Both the position numbers and the translations under genes were made by a program. A DNA stretch of 64,000 nt from NCBI GenBank assembly GCA_051294905.1, contig CM119384.1, positions 6,138,001-6,202,000 on the forward strand. The letters are read 5' to 3'. The DNA is from Botryllus schlosseri. Its lineage: Eukaryota. The notes below the pieces were generated by a model. That model did not search any database. It saw only the letters and a program-made list of their open reading frames with translations, and was not told the origin of the DNA. Positions 27,318 to 39,944 of this stretch are shown piece after piece. The first letter of the stretch is position 1, and each line of letters starts with the position of its first letter.

Positions 27318-28085
27318 AATAATAATAATAATAATATAATAATTTATAGAGCGCCGAATATAACAATATATCATTACTACACTAGGGCGCTGTACATAAA
27401 AGGCAATAAAATATAAAAGTAAACGATATGTATAAAAGACGAAGTGCATAGTTGTAGGGCGGAATGAACACTACTCTAGTTCGAACGCTCGTGTGAATAA
27501 AACGGTCTTGATTTTGCGTTTGAAAACATATAGCGAGTCACATAGTCTGATAGAAATTGGAAGATTGTTCCACAGAATGGCGGCCGAGGAAGAAAAGGTT
27601 CTCTCGCCGTAGGTCGATGTTCTGACTCTTGGAACGGACAAGAGCTTTTGCGACTGAGAACGTAGCGCTCTTCCGGGATTATACATTGACACTAGCTCAC
27701 GAAGATACGCTGGTGCACTTCCCTCCATGCATTTGAAGACGTACAGAAGAAGCTAGTATTCAGACCTAAATTTCACGGGTAACCAATGAAGGGATCTAAG
27801 AATCGGTGTTACGTGATCACGCTTCCTTGACCGAGTTACCAAACGAGCAGCGATGTTTTGGATCTTTTGTAGCTTGTCGATGCAATTTTGGTTTACCCCG
27901 TAAAGCAGAGCATTTCCATAGTCAAGCCGTGATATCACCAGCGACAGTATTATGGCTTTGCATGCATCCTCAGATAGGTAGTTCCTGATTCGACTGATCT
28001 TGTGGATATACATGAAACAGATCTTTGATGTATAGTCGATATGTTTTTCCATTGAGAGCATGCCGTCAAAGTGAATACCTAGGTT
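27318..28085 (-). mobile_element. 5'-truncated L2-clade LINE (RT C-terminus and 3' UTR) with an in-frame stop
   Basis: RNLGIHFDGMLSMEKHI..ISRLDYGNALLYG..LQKIQNIAARLV..HVTPILRSLHWLPV..*..SAPAYL..RTFSSSAAILWNNLP. (TTA)n tail at 27318-27340. 6-bp TSD acgtat (27312-27317, 28086-28091). Confidence 0.88.
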
Positions 28086-28179
28086 ACGTATGCGATATGG
28101 AATGGTTGGAAACCTCAAAATAGTCGGTTCAACAGCTAAAGTACGTAGATATTTCGTCAAAGGAGCTACACCTTCCTCT

Positions 28180-28560
28180 GTTGTCGTTATTGTTGTTGTT
28201 GAAAAATACTGTCATGGTCCATGATTTGCATTGACTGTGATGTAATACGGTTCCACTTGGTTAGTCTTCATTGTTCTTGCTTTGCTGCATATTTTTGCTG
28301 TGCACACTGTGCATTGTGTACCAGTACTGTGCTTGGATGCTTACTGCTGATTTTCCATGACTTTTATCTTTTGTTTATTTTTATGTCCATTGGTTAACTG
28401 TCATAATCGTTAGTATTGATCTTGCCATATTTACTCATTTATAACTCCGCTGGGTGGCGACTGAATCTAAGACCTACCGGTCCCCGTCGTCTCCCAATCT
28501 ATACCAATTTACATGTGTTTGTTGGTGAGATGAATAAAAGCATACTGACTGACTGACTAT
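28180..28560 (+). mobile_element. Probable retroelement 3' end with an (ACTG)n tail
   Basis: Absent from the 10881 reference copy; ends in aataaaagcatactgactgactgact. Confidence 0.5.
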
Positions 28561-28892
28561 ATTTTCATTTGTCAATGTCAATCCAATATGACGTCACAGT
28601 GGGATATTCGTGACGTCGTTGCTTAAAAAAATACATAAAAAACATGTTTTAAACAAGAACCTTAATTGTTTTAAACATGTTTGATTTTAATTGATTTTTG
28701 TTTTGAATGCAACCCTAAATGTTGGTATGATGTGGGGAAGAGTTAGTCAAGTACGGAATGTGAGCTTTTCTCATTCCATACGATACCAATGCTCTGGTTA
28801 ACAGGCACGAGATCTAGCGACTGGCACGTTTGCGTGTAACTATGCTCAGATGTGTGAATGAATACTCCAAATAAATAATATACCAAGTAGTC

Positions 28893-29208
28893 CAGTGGTT
28901 CTCAAACTTTTTTAGACACGCCCCCCTTTATGATGGGAAAAAATTTCGCGCCCCCCCTGGTCGTGATATCACAAAATACCAAAGAAAGCAATCATAATGC
29001 TAGCAATCCCAAGGGATAGTTTGATAGCATTGAAGGTTATGGCTGTTGAAGGATATGGCTCAAATGGCATAGTAGGTTATGGCTCAAATATGAAATTCGG
29101 ACAATAGACAGACCAATAACCATGAGGTGGAGGTAAAAAAAAATCAGATAACTGCAGCTTCGCGCCCACCTTCAGATCCTTCCACGCCTCCCAGTTTGAG
29201 AAGCACTG
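28893..29208. mobile_element. hAT (Charlie-type) MITE
   Basis: Ends cagtggttctcaaac / gtttgagaagcactg; flanks aagtagtc / atgtagtc (7/8). Confidence 0.75.
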
Positions 29209-30645
29209 ATGTAGTCAATAGTAGAGCGTGAATTTCTTTTCATTGATATTTTGTATTTCGGGCTCGGCGACGAGAGTCCACGCTGACATTACCAGCACCT
29301 TGCTTCTACTTGTGTCTCGTATCAGATATAGTCAAGCGGATTAACCATATTTAGACTGCTCACACATGGCGGATATATTGCCAATGGATGATTTGGACCG
29401 AGATCACAGTTTTCCAAGCCAGGCGTATTTATGCGGCGCTTCTACAGGTTTGATCTTATTTGGCTGTTGTGATTATAGCCTTGCAGAAGTGTAGCTAATT
29501 ATCAGAGGTGGTCAAAGTAGTCAAGAAAGCTATAGGCCTACTCAAGTTGCTGCGACGAAAAATCTACTTAATAGTGCATTTGCAGTCAGCCTAAAACTAT
29601 ATCAAGTAGATGTAGAATTATCTGGCTTTAAATCTAGCGAGGTAACTAAGGAGTTCTATAAACTGTCATAAATACGCTCTCATGGACTGCCAAAAGCTGT
29701 AAACTCATCTGTGCCGAATGTACAAAGACCTATAGGTTCGTACTGATACATCCCAGGAGGCATGAATTTTTCACAGCAGAAGCATGCGGCCGCACCATGG
29801 GATGCAAATGATAGTTTCGCTATGGGAAAACGATTCATAACTTTTGATTTCCCCCGCTTCCCGTTTCAGAAAACGTCATGGAATGGCGCCCGCTCCGGTA
29901 TTATAAGGCCCGTAGTCCGTATACGGAGAAGTTTTATCGGCTCTGTCCGAGTAGCATACGTTAACGAAGAATATGGTAGATTTTAAAAATGCCATTTACC
30001 TTCAAGTTCACTTCCGGAAAATAGTTCTATTGTAAACTTCAAGATGCATGTGCTTCAGACAAAAGAACTCAAATGTACTAGAAAATCTTAAATGTAATGA
30101 TACCGTGTATAGAAAGAGATAGGCCTACAAACCAAACTACAATTTTTAAGAAGGGGTAATGTATTTCATGTCTTTTGTCCAAAAAGATTCAACAGTGTTC
30201 TGCCGTTTTATTATATACTCAGCGTTGTTAATTAGACTTTCTATCTATTTTGCCGTTGGTCACAAAATGTGGGAACATATTAATTGCTGATAATGGTAAT
30301 AATACGTTTCCACAGTGAAGCAAGAAAACTTTAAAGCTTTTCGCACACTGTTACATGCATTGCGTTGATAGAGTTCCATTCATATGTATATCGTTGAAAT
30401 AAAGTCAATCTTTATCATTGAATACGAAAATGAATACTCAAATGTCAAAGAGGTAATTACTAGTGTGAGTATATAGGCCTATATTTTTCAATTCTATGAC
30501 TTCAATCTTCAATGCAAATCTACTGACCTTATGACAACTTATAAGGATACTTTTTTGATCCGGCAATTCAATATAAATGTTTATATGTGATCATTTTGCA
30601 GAATCTATTCCCACGGCGACCTATGATGGAAGGCCATTCGTCGAG

Positions 30646-32466
30646 ATGAGTTCAACGCTTTCACGTTCCTCAAAGAAAAAATCAAAATGTTGCAGAGTTA
30701 AAACTTTCTGCGTCGCCTTCCTCGCATTGTTGATTCTTGCGCTGATTTGCATATCGACCGTCATATTATACCTATTGATTAACCAACGAGGACAATTTTC
30801 AAATGTAGAGGACGAGCTACATGGAATTCGAATCTTATTGGAGCAATCTCCTAATATCCGCCAGCCCCAGAATGCAGAAACAGACAGACCTGGCCTCGTC
30901 TATTCGACCAGTTTTTCAGAATCAAATCCTCAGGTGAGAATCGAAGATATTGTCGGTATAAAATCATCACCGCCTTCCGAGATATACCGAGGAGAGGGAT
31001 ATTTTGAGCATCTATTCCAAGAAATACTAATAATGAAAGAGTCACTTCTAGATATCTATCACGAGATAAAATCATTGGGGCTACGTATTGATGCAAAAAG
31101 CAATTCGTTCGACAAGCCTGACTCGGTTGATCCTTTGGAGATCGAGCTTACGCCGGCAATGACTAGGATTATTAGTTCAACCACCACCACCACCACCACG
31201 TCACCGTTTGTCGAAGAGATTTCAAATTTGATGGGAAAGCCAACGATCACAGTAGCCACCAAAAAGGTTGCCACCAAAAAAGCAGTAGGCGCATTGTCGA
31301 AATGGGTAACAAAAACTCCGGAAATCGTGTATGACTCAAATGAAAGCCTGCCGATTGTACAGTATTCCTCCACCGCTGCCACTACGAATTTTGCCCGAAA
31401 CGACGAAGTTCCGCTCGGCAGCACTCAATCACCACTTCATAGTCAAACTACACACGACTACTCGCTTTCCGTCACGCCATCAGTGCTCGTCAACGGAACT
31501 TCTACGACGGCTAGCGTAACGCATTCCCGAACGACTCAGGTACGATATTATTGGTTCATGAAACCTAACGAATATTTTTCGTCTATCTCACAACTATGCT
31601 GGCCAGAATCGAAGTTTCCTTGACTAGCACTGCCGCACGCCGAATCCATACACAGGTGTCGACAACTTGCCCTCTTGGTGCGTCCTAAAATCGTTTCAAA
31701 CCAGTTTCACAGATATTCGCATTGCAAATGTAGGCCAACATATGTCATAACGAGCTACAGTCGAATTCATGCAGTTCAACTCCCTCACGTTCATACGAAC
31801 AAGAACCTTTCAGGGGTTCGCAGCATCCCTACTTCATTGCTAAAATTATGACATTCTCATCTTTTCAATTTTCAACGTTCAATTTCAACGAATTCTACGT
31901 TCAATTAAATTAAAAAGGTGTCATAAACTAGGAACTAGGCACGAATCTCTTTTATTTCAGAAAAACAATGAAGAGACTGACAGTACAACTGAACCTGATC
32001 GGGATATCGCAACTGGGTGGTATCTCGCAGAAAATGGACTTCATTACAAATTTGTCAAAGTAGCATCAAGTTATATGGTAGCGAAAAGAAAGTGTGGTTT
32101 GCTTGGGAGTAGACTGGCATCAACGGGAATCAGGAACAACAAACTAAAAAAGTTCGTAAATGATCTATCTACGAAAAGCGTCTTCTAATCATCTATAATA
32201 ACATATTTTATATTCATAGATTACTCTTCGATATTTCTGGAGGCTTTCAGTTTTGGATTGGTTTGGACGAGCTTGAGAACAAGGGTCATTGGCTATGGGG
32301 TGATGGGGTGGAGTCACCGCAGGACGAGCTGGATTGGGAGGCAGGGCAACCGAACGATGGTGACTCCAAAATCAGACAAGATTGCGTGGAGATGATTTTC
32401 CCAGATGCGAAGTTCAACGACGAAGCCTGTATATTGAAGCAGTTCTTTATGTGTGAAAAAGAATAG
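30646..32466 (+). CDS. Type II transmembrane C-type lectin with coiled neck and mucin-like stalk. Exons 30646-31539, 31961-32151, 32220-32466; an in-frame upstream ATG exists at 30577.
   Basis: Basic N-tail (KKKSKCC), then TM FCVAFLALLILALICISTVILYLLI and a T/S-rich stalk. Spliced CTLD: GWYLAENGLHYKF..AKRKCGLLGSRLAS..|FWIGLDELENKGHWLWGDG..WEAGQPND..DCVEM..FNDEAC..FMCEKE*. Phase 0 and phase 2 junctions are consistent. Confidence 0.85.
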
Positions 32467-33229
32467 TCAATCCTAGATTCTAAAGTGAAGAATTCGACGA
32501 CGTCTGCGGTACAATGACCGCAATAAAACTGGAATTTACAATTTCTATATCTAGAATTGAATATACTATTCAATTGTACGAAGTTCTGTTGTTTGCGATT
32601 GCGCATGTTTTTTCTATCCATAATTTGATAACGTTTTTAGAGGAATCAGTTCGTCTTTTAACTGTCCTTATTTGCATTCCGTCTTTCTACTAACTGTATT
32701 TGTACGATTTTAGTGATTTGATTGTTTGATTACTGTTTTGAATTTTGTCTTTTTCGCTTGTATAAATTGCCCTCGTTACTGTTGTCTCGCCCTCCATGCT
32801 ACCAAGCAACGGACGAGCGAGCACTATTGTGAATCTTGATTATGCATCTTCATGTTTCAACCAATCAAAGCCTTGTTCAATTAGGAGTCCTTGGTTGTGT
32901 TGTATTGAATATAAGACTGATACGCAAGGTTTGCCGAGTCCAAGAGCAGATTTAGCTGAGCAGACAGGGTTCGACGCCTGCTAAATCGGCACTAATTGGA
33001 ATTAGAGCGCCGCGTCGAAACATCTGTATCTCCAAGAAGCTCTTCATTTCTAGATTGCTCTTATATCTGGAATGTTTTGTAAGGACACTAATTACTGCAA
33101 AGGATTAAACCACACGGACTCGGTTAATTTTTTTTAAATAAAATTTACTGCCAACTCCCCCGTCTCTTCAACATATATGTTATACTATTTTGTCAGCATA
33201 TTTCTGGTTTGATTGATTGTCTTCGCCAA

Positions 33230-33630
33230 TTCAGTTCAGTTCATCTTTTATCATTAATAATTTCATTATACCAATCCACCACCAGATTGCGATACAAGGA
33301 AAAGATAGGAAGCTGTCGAAACGACTTGGAGTAGTCTTCGAAATCAGACACCCGCCTGGCCTAGGCGATATATAAAGGAGGCACACACTGAATGAAAGTA
33401 AAGAAATATAATATAAAAGGACAGTTGACAAAAAAGGTGGCATGTGTCGAAAGGCGAGATCGATATGTCCGGTCGGGGTCCGATAAACTTGAGGGCTGGC
33501 TGGTATTGATTCAGTGGAAATTGTTTGTATTTCAACTTGAATGTAGACATGCTCGACGACTGTGGGATAGCCGGCGATACACTGTTCTATTGCAATTCTG
33601 ACATATGTGATAGAGCTATGATCTTTTACG
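33230..33630 (-). mobile_element. Degenerate 3' end of a CR1/L2-group LINE (same family as 49110-49840)
   Basis: Minus strand reads KDH.SI..SMSTFKLKYKQ, followed by a 3' UTR containing cgcctaggccaggcgggtgtctgattt, shared with the 49.7-kb copy. Confidence 0.7.
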
Positions 33631-33746
33631 TCGCGATTTCGCCTTTCGACATCTGCCACCTTTTTTGTCACCTGTCATATTTTCTTTTACCATTCCTTCA
33701 GTGTGCACTGTGCATGTGCATTTGTGCAATGTGCATGCCTCTTACA

Positions 33747-35015
33747 CAGAGGTGGTCAGTAACGAAGTACTTCTACTTTTTGGAAGTACTCAAGTAGTTT
33801 TCCTCTACTTCTGGTACTTACTCAAGTAGATCTGATTTTCTCTACTTTTACTTCTACTTCGTAATATTTTGTGATCTACTTACTTACTTTTCGCTATTTT
33901 CAGTTTGTCAAGTAGAAGTAGTTTAATCCCCCAACGCGAAAGATAGCCAGAGGAATTTCGGGGCTGTTTTCACGGCGTAACAACATTTGATATTCATAAA
34001 AGTCAAGTAAAGCCCAGAAATTTTGTTGCGCTTCGTGCACAATAGTTATGGAGTCACAAATATGTTTTCACAAAAGTATCAGTGAACATAATTTAGGTAC
34101 CAGATTGCTTGGTTCCGCTCACACCGCATTGTCACCCATATCAAATATTTCATCACAGTAAATATGACCCACCATAGCGTTCGAAACTTCCGTTTCGCAA
34201 TGCAATCTAGCAATTACCTATCATATCGTGATCTAGCAGCCCATTACGTGTCTTGCTAATCTGGAAAATCCAGCTTTTTTAACGTTACACCTGTTTTAGC
34301 AGATCACCTTTGAAGCTTTATGGACAAAGGACATGAAATATAGTTTCCGCTTTTTAGAAGTGGTATTTGTACTTCACTTTCAATTTCGAGTAGCATACTT
34401 TGAGTTCTTATTACTTTCAGTTCTTTTGTCTGCAGAACATACATGTTGAAGCATAACAGCAAGTGTTGTAATGCCTGTATTTTCCGAAAATAAAGCTACA
34501 CTAAATATAACTTTTATGATCCACAATATTTGTTATTAACGTATACTAATCGCGCAAAGTGATGAACCGTATCCGATGCTCTTCGCCTAAACTTAGGGCC
34601 TTATAATATGGGGTAGGTCTTCATGCCATGATATTCTCTAAGACGGCGTCTTCTAGTAAATAAAGGGTTAGTATCGCATTTTCATATCAATACTATAATT
34701 TGCATCCCATGATGCGAATAAATGCTTATTCTGTCGAAAATTGATACCTCGTGGGTTGCATCAATACGAATCAAGCTCTCTGCACCTTCCGCACAGCTCT
34801 ATTCGCAGCTTTTAACAGTCAATGCAAACGAATTAAGACTGTTTTCAAAACTACTTACTTACTTGAGTAGATTTAAAGACAGTCAATTCTACTTCTACTT
34901 CAAGTAGTTTTAGGTGGCTTATTCAAGAAGTACTTCTACTTGTACTTGAGTAGATTTTCTCCTTGCTACTTCTACTTCTACTTAGTAGCTTTCTTGATTA
35001 CTTTGACCACCTCTG
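33747..35015. mobile_element. hAT element (aagtag family) inserted in a plus-strand LINE 3' UTR (33630-33746 and 35016-35160)
   Basis: Ends cagaggtggtca / tgaccacctctg; perfect 8-bp TSD ctcttaca. The flanks rejoin as LINE UTR ...gtgcatgcctcttacatcgcctaggccaggtgggtgtc. Confidence 0.88.
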
Positions 35016-36559
35016 CTCTTACATCGCCTAGGCCAGGTGGGTGTCTGATTTCGAAGACTACTCCAAGTCCTTTCGACACCTTCCTATCTTTTATTGTATG
35101 TCAGTCTTGTTGAGTATTGAAATGATGAAATTTTTAGCAATAAATTTAATTGAAATTGAAAATAGTGTGGAACGGCATCTCGCCGGCTATCCGACAGTCT
35201 TCGAGCGTGTCTGTCCACATTCATTGCGAAATACAAGCAATTAGGCCTATTACTGAATCAATACTAGTCAGCACTCAAAATTAGAAGACCACAACCCAGT
35301 GTTGGGAGCAAGTCACTACCTTTGAGTCACGAGTCATCCCGAGTCATTGCACATTTTGACTCGAGTCAAGTCAAGTCAAATCACGAGTCAAGTCAAAATT
35401 CAAGTCAAATTAAAATTTCGAAGTATGAGTGACGAAAGTCATTACATTTTGTTAGCTGTGTGGAAGACAGATTAATTATTCAGCTATCGTGATCAAATAA
35501 CGAATACAAGTATATGCAAAAAGGCGTTGTATCGCTCAGGCATACGTAGAACTGCTAATATGATACGTGAGCAACTGCATAGCTAGCTGCATGCTACAGC
35601 GGTCTGTTATCGTAAGCCAAAATAGAGGATCTATTACGAAGCCTCGAGAAGTTGAAACAAATTGATATGTTAAATACACCACCCACCTACACAACTGTAC
35701 ATGCATATTTGCTGTACCACCATCATCGCCGTCTGTTTGTTATGTATTTTGATTATATGAAAATAAAGACTCTCTCTCTCTCTCGTCACTGGTGCTCATG
35801 GTCAGCGTTTCGGGTATCTATCGATGAAGTGAACCATGACATGAATCCGTAAAATATAATTTCGTTGAGTCACGCATTGAATCTGAGCAAGAATTCGCAA
35901 GATCGCTGCTTACCATTCAAGACGCTGTATTTAATCATGTCGTAAGGATCAATGTATTCTAATGAAACGGAGCTGGAACTAACTGGCCAGGCCGAACACT
36001 TTTGTGTGTTGCAGACTATTCTGTAGTGAGATCTCTGATGATTTAGTGCCGCCTGAGATACTCGTATCCATATCTCACTTTCCACGACTCCTTAGGCTCA
36101 GATTAATTTCAGTTGAGTTTATTATGGATTTCACCGCGGATATTCAATTTATTTGAATGAATTCGGTTCGTTGCAGGTGTGTATACCTGCTATGTTTAAT
36201 GCTGTCTCATGACACCTTGAGCTATAAAGTCATAGTCAATAGCAACTTTTCATTAGCTCATATAGGAAATGAGAATATAATGCTAATGCACCAGGGTGAA
36301 GTTAGCCCTCAACGATTTGGCCCTCAAAGTAAAAATTACCAACTAATATACTCACGACAGCATGAATCCAATGGATCACCATTTTTGAAATATCGACCAT
36401 GATCTAAATCTCAAACGCCACACGTAGTATTTTCATGAAATCAAATCAAAGCATTGGCCTGCAACAAACCTAGAATGATGATATTTCGCTTGACGTAACA
36501 AACCCGATCTGCACATCCCTCTGGTTACTTATGCCACCATTATATTTTTTTTATAATTA

Positions 36560-38390
36560 ACATTGATCTCTCTACAGTGGAAAATAAAGAGCATCGAATA
36601 TTGAAATCAGAACGAATAAAACTACTACCTAGCAAATTAATCACACACCGAGTCTTGACTTCTGACAGGAGCCGATTAGGGTCCAGATCAGAGGATGAAG
36701 ATTCTCTGTTTAGACAAATTAACATGATCGCTCTGCAGTGGAAAAAATAAAGAGCGTCGAATCTTGAAATAAGAACGAATAAAACTACTACCTAGCACAT
36801 TAATCACACACCGAGTCTTGACTTCTGACAGGAGCCGATTAGGGTCCAGATCAGAGGATGAAGATTCTCTGTTTAGACGAATTAACATGATCGCTCTGCA
36901 GTGGAAAAAATAAAGAGCGTCGAATATTGGAATCAGAACGAATAAATCTGCTACCTAGCACATTAATCACACACCGAGTCTTGACTTCTGACAGGAGCCG
37001 ATTAGGGTCCAGATCCGAGGATGAAGATTCTCTGTTTAGACAAATTAACATGATCGCTCTGCAGTGGAAAAAATAAAGAGCGTCGAATCTTGAAATCAGA
37101 ACGAATAAAACTACTACCTTGCAAATTAATCACACACCGAGTCTTGACTTCTGACAGGAGCCGATTAGGGTCCAGATCAGAGGATGAAGATTCTCTGTTT
37201 AGACAAATTAACATGATCGCTCTGCAGTGGAAAAAATAAAGAGCGTCGAATCTTGAAATAAGAACGAATAAAACTACTACCTAGCACATTAATCACACAC
37301 CGAGTCTTGACTTCTGACAGGAGCCGATTAGGGTCCAGATCAGAGGATGAAGATTCTGTTTAGACGAATTACCATGATCGCTCTGCAGTGGAAAAAATAA
37401 AGAGCGTCGAATCTTGAAATCAGAACGAATAAAACTACTACCTAGCACATTAATCACACACCGAGTCTTGACTTCTGACAGAAGCCGATTAGGGTCCTGA
37501 TCAGAGGATGAAGATTCTCTGTTTAGACGAATTAACATGATCGCTCTGCAGTGGAAAAAATAAAGAGCGTCGAATATTGGAATCAGAACGAATAAAACTA
37601 CTACCTAGCACATTAATCACACACCGAGTCTTGACTTCTGACAGGAGCCGATTAGGGTCCAGATCCGAGGATGAAGATTCTCTCTTAAGACAAATTAACA
37701 TGATCGCACTACAGTGGAAAAAATAGGGAGCGTCGAATATTGAAATCAGAACGAATAAAACTACTACCTAGCACATTAATCACACACCGAGTCTTGACTT
37801 CTGACAGAAGCCGATTAGGGTCCTGATCAGAGGATGAAGATTCTCTGTTTAGACGAATTAACATGATCGCTCTGCAGTGGAAAAAATAAAGAGCGTCGAA
37901 TATTGGAATCAGAACGAATAAATCTGCTACCTAGCACATTAATCACACACCGAGTCTTGACTTCTGACAGGAGCCGATTAGGGTCCAGATCAGAGGATGA
38001 AGATTCTCTGTTTAGACAAATTAACATGATCGCTCTGCAGTGGAAAAAATAAAGAGCGTCGAATCTTGAAATCAGAACGAATAAAACTACTACCTAGCAC
38101 ATTAATCACACACCGAGTCTTGACTTCTGACAGGAGCCGATTAGGGTCCAGATCCGAGGATGAAGATTCTCTCTTAAGACAAATTAACATGATCGCACTA
38201 CAGTGGAAAAAATAAGGAGCGTCGAATATTGGAATCAGAACGAATAAATCTACTGCCTAGCACATTAATCACACACCGAGTCTTGACTTCTGACAGGAGC
38301 CGATTAGCATCGAGATCAGAGGATGAAGATTCTCTGTTTAGACGAATTAACATGATCGCTCTGCAGTGGAAAAAATAAAGAGCGTCGAAT
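36560..38390. repeat. Left-arm tandem array, ~11 units of 163 bp
   Basis: Unit marker cagtggaaaa recurs every 163 bp from ~36577 to ~38367 (one unit has a 2-bp deletion). The repeated 66-aa ORFs in the track share this spacing. Confidence 0.95.
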
Positions 38391-39944
38391 CCGAGGATGA
38401 AGATAACAAAGAAGATAACGGAGTATTGGGATAGAGTCCTGGAATGAAGACCTACAGATAACATCGGCATATGAAAAAGCCAGTTTATCTTTATTCTTGC
38501 TGTGCAATGGTGCGTGTAATGTAAATATAATCTTATGGACGGAGAAACGTTTGCTATAGGCTACTCTGCGACGAAATCGAAAAGCAGACAGCAAATTATA
38601 AGAATCGGATTTCTCCGGATTGTGAATGGTTTGTTTACAGTCGTGTAATGAGCGGTTTCGAAATCTAGGTGAATAGCTAATAGCCTACCTCGCATTCATT
38701 TTCTGGTAATGGACGAAAAGAAATATACAAAAAAATCTATGATCTAGTAAAGTAACAGAACGAAAAAACATTATTCTTTGCATTCGGATCAATACAATGA
38801 CATATATTCGTTTTCTGAAACATCATTCGAGAAACAATTCCGATGGAACCATCGGCCGCACTGACCCAGATACCCATGCTACTGTTTCATTTTGCGTTGC
38901 GCGATATATGAACCACTCGAGCTATAATCCAATTACACAGTTCGGGAGAACGTTATCATTTCCAGTAAATAAAAACAATACTCAGTCGTACATATAATAA
39001 CGGCCTTGATAGGTCGACCGTTTTGTGCTAACCTAGTTTCAAGAGTATCGGCGTTTGCGTATGCCACACATTGGCAGTTAATTTCTGCTGACTCGAAAAA
39101 GCAGCTGGCGATTATATTAGAAATTCCACGCTAAAACTTTTTTGGAGGTAGCGCTGTGAATAGTAGTTTTAACAATAGCTATAGTTATTTTGCTTGTAAG
39201 CGCAGTTAGTTAGACACATTGTCATTCATTTATATTGGCAGACTTGTACAAACTACCTATTTAGTTAGTTAACGGTCAACTAACTAACGGTTTTTTGAGT
39301 AGTTCAAATTCTTGTTCTAAATGCGTATTTTGAAAAGTGTATCGCTCTAGTTCTCGATATAGCTGCGGATATTGAAAGTGAGTAGTTCTAGTTCAATAAG
39401 TTGCTGATTTTGAAAATTAAGTTCTAGTTGCACATTTGAAGAAATTATTTTTATTATTATTTTTTTTTCAAATTTCACTCGCTTGTCAGGTTGCCTAAAA
39501 AACGTTACAAACCAAATTTGGGTCAATTTCGACCAGTAAAGACCGCAACTGCGCGTCGTTCGGCATCCTCATACGTGTTCTACATGGCATGGTGTCTTAT
39601 CGCATTGTGTGGGTCTTAATCGGATGAAAATATAATCTCCATATTATTGATCATTGTCTTTCCATACAATTGTCTTCACTTGCCTAGTAATACGACAATG
39701 CGCTTTATTGCGGAGTGCGAGTACTGGTCGAAATTGACCCAAATTTGGTTTGTAGCGTTTTTTAGGCAACCTGACAATTTTATCATTAAGCGAGTGAAAT
39801 TTGGAAAAAGAGGTTATTTTTGAACAACCCTATTGTGTAACCATTCAATTCTGATTCGGTATTAGACCGTCCAAATTATAGTACTCATCCTCTTCCAGCA
39901 TCGATGTATCAAAGATTTGACGAAGGTTATGAATAATTAAGGAT

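Larger units (their letters stand above)
27126..28717. mobile_element. hAT MITE (same family as 10881-11263) expanded by two retroelement insertions
   Basis: Ends aagggttgcatt / aatgcaacccta; perfect 8-bp TSD aatgttgg; internal sequence colinear with the 10881 copy. Confidence 0.85.

Noticed and set aside
27753-28160. 135-aa ORF as an independent gene
   Set aside because: Chimeric: the first ~24 codons are MITE sequence and the rest is truncated L2 RT.
32935-32990. tRNA gene (ggttcgacgcc B-box-like, gatttagc/gctaaatc stem)
   Set aside because: Too short, with no D or anticodon arms; only a small hairpin.
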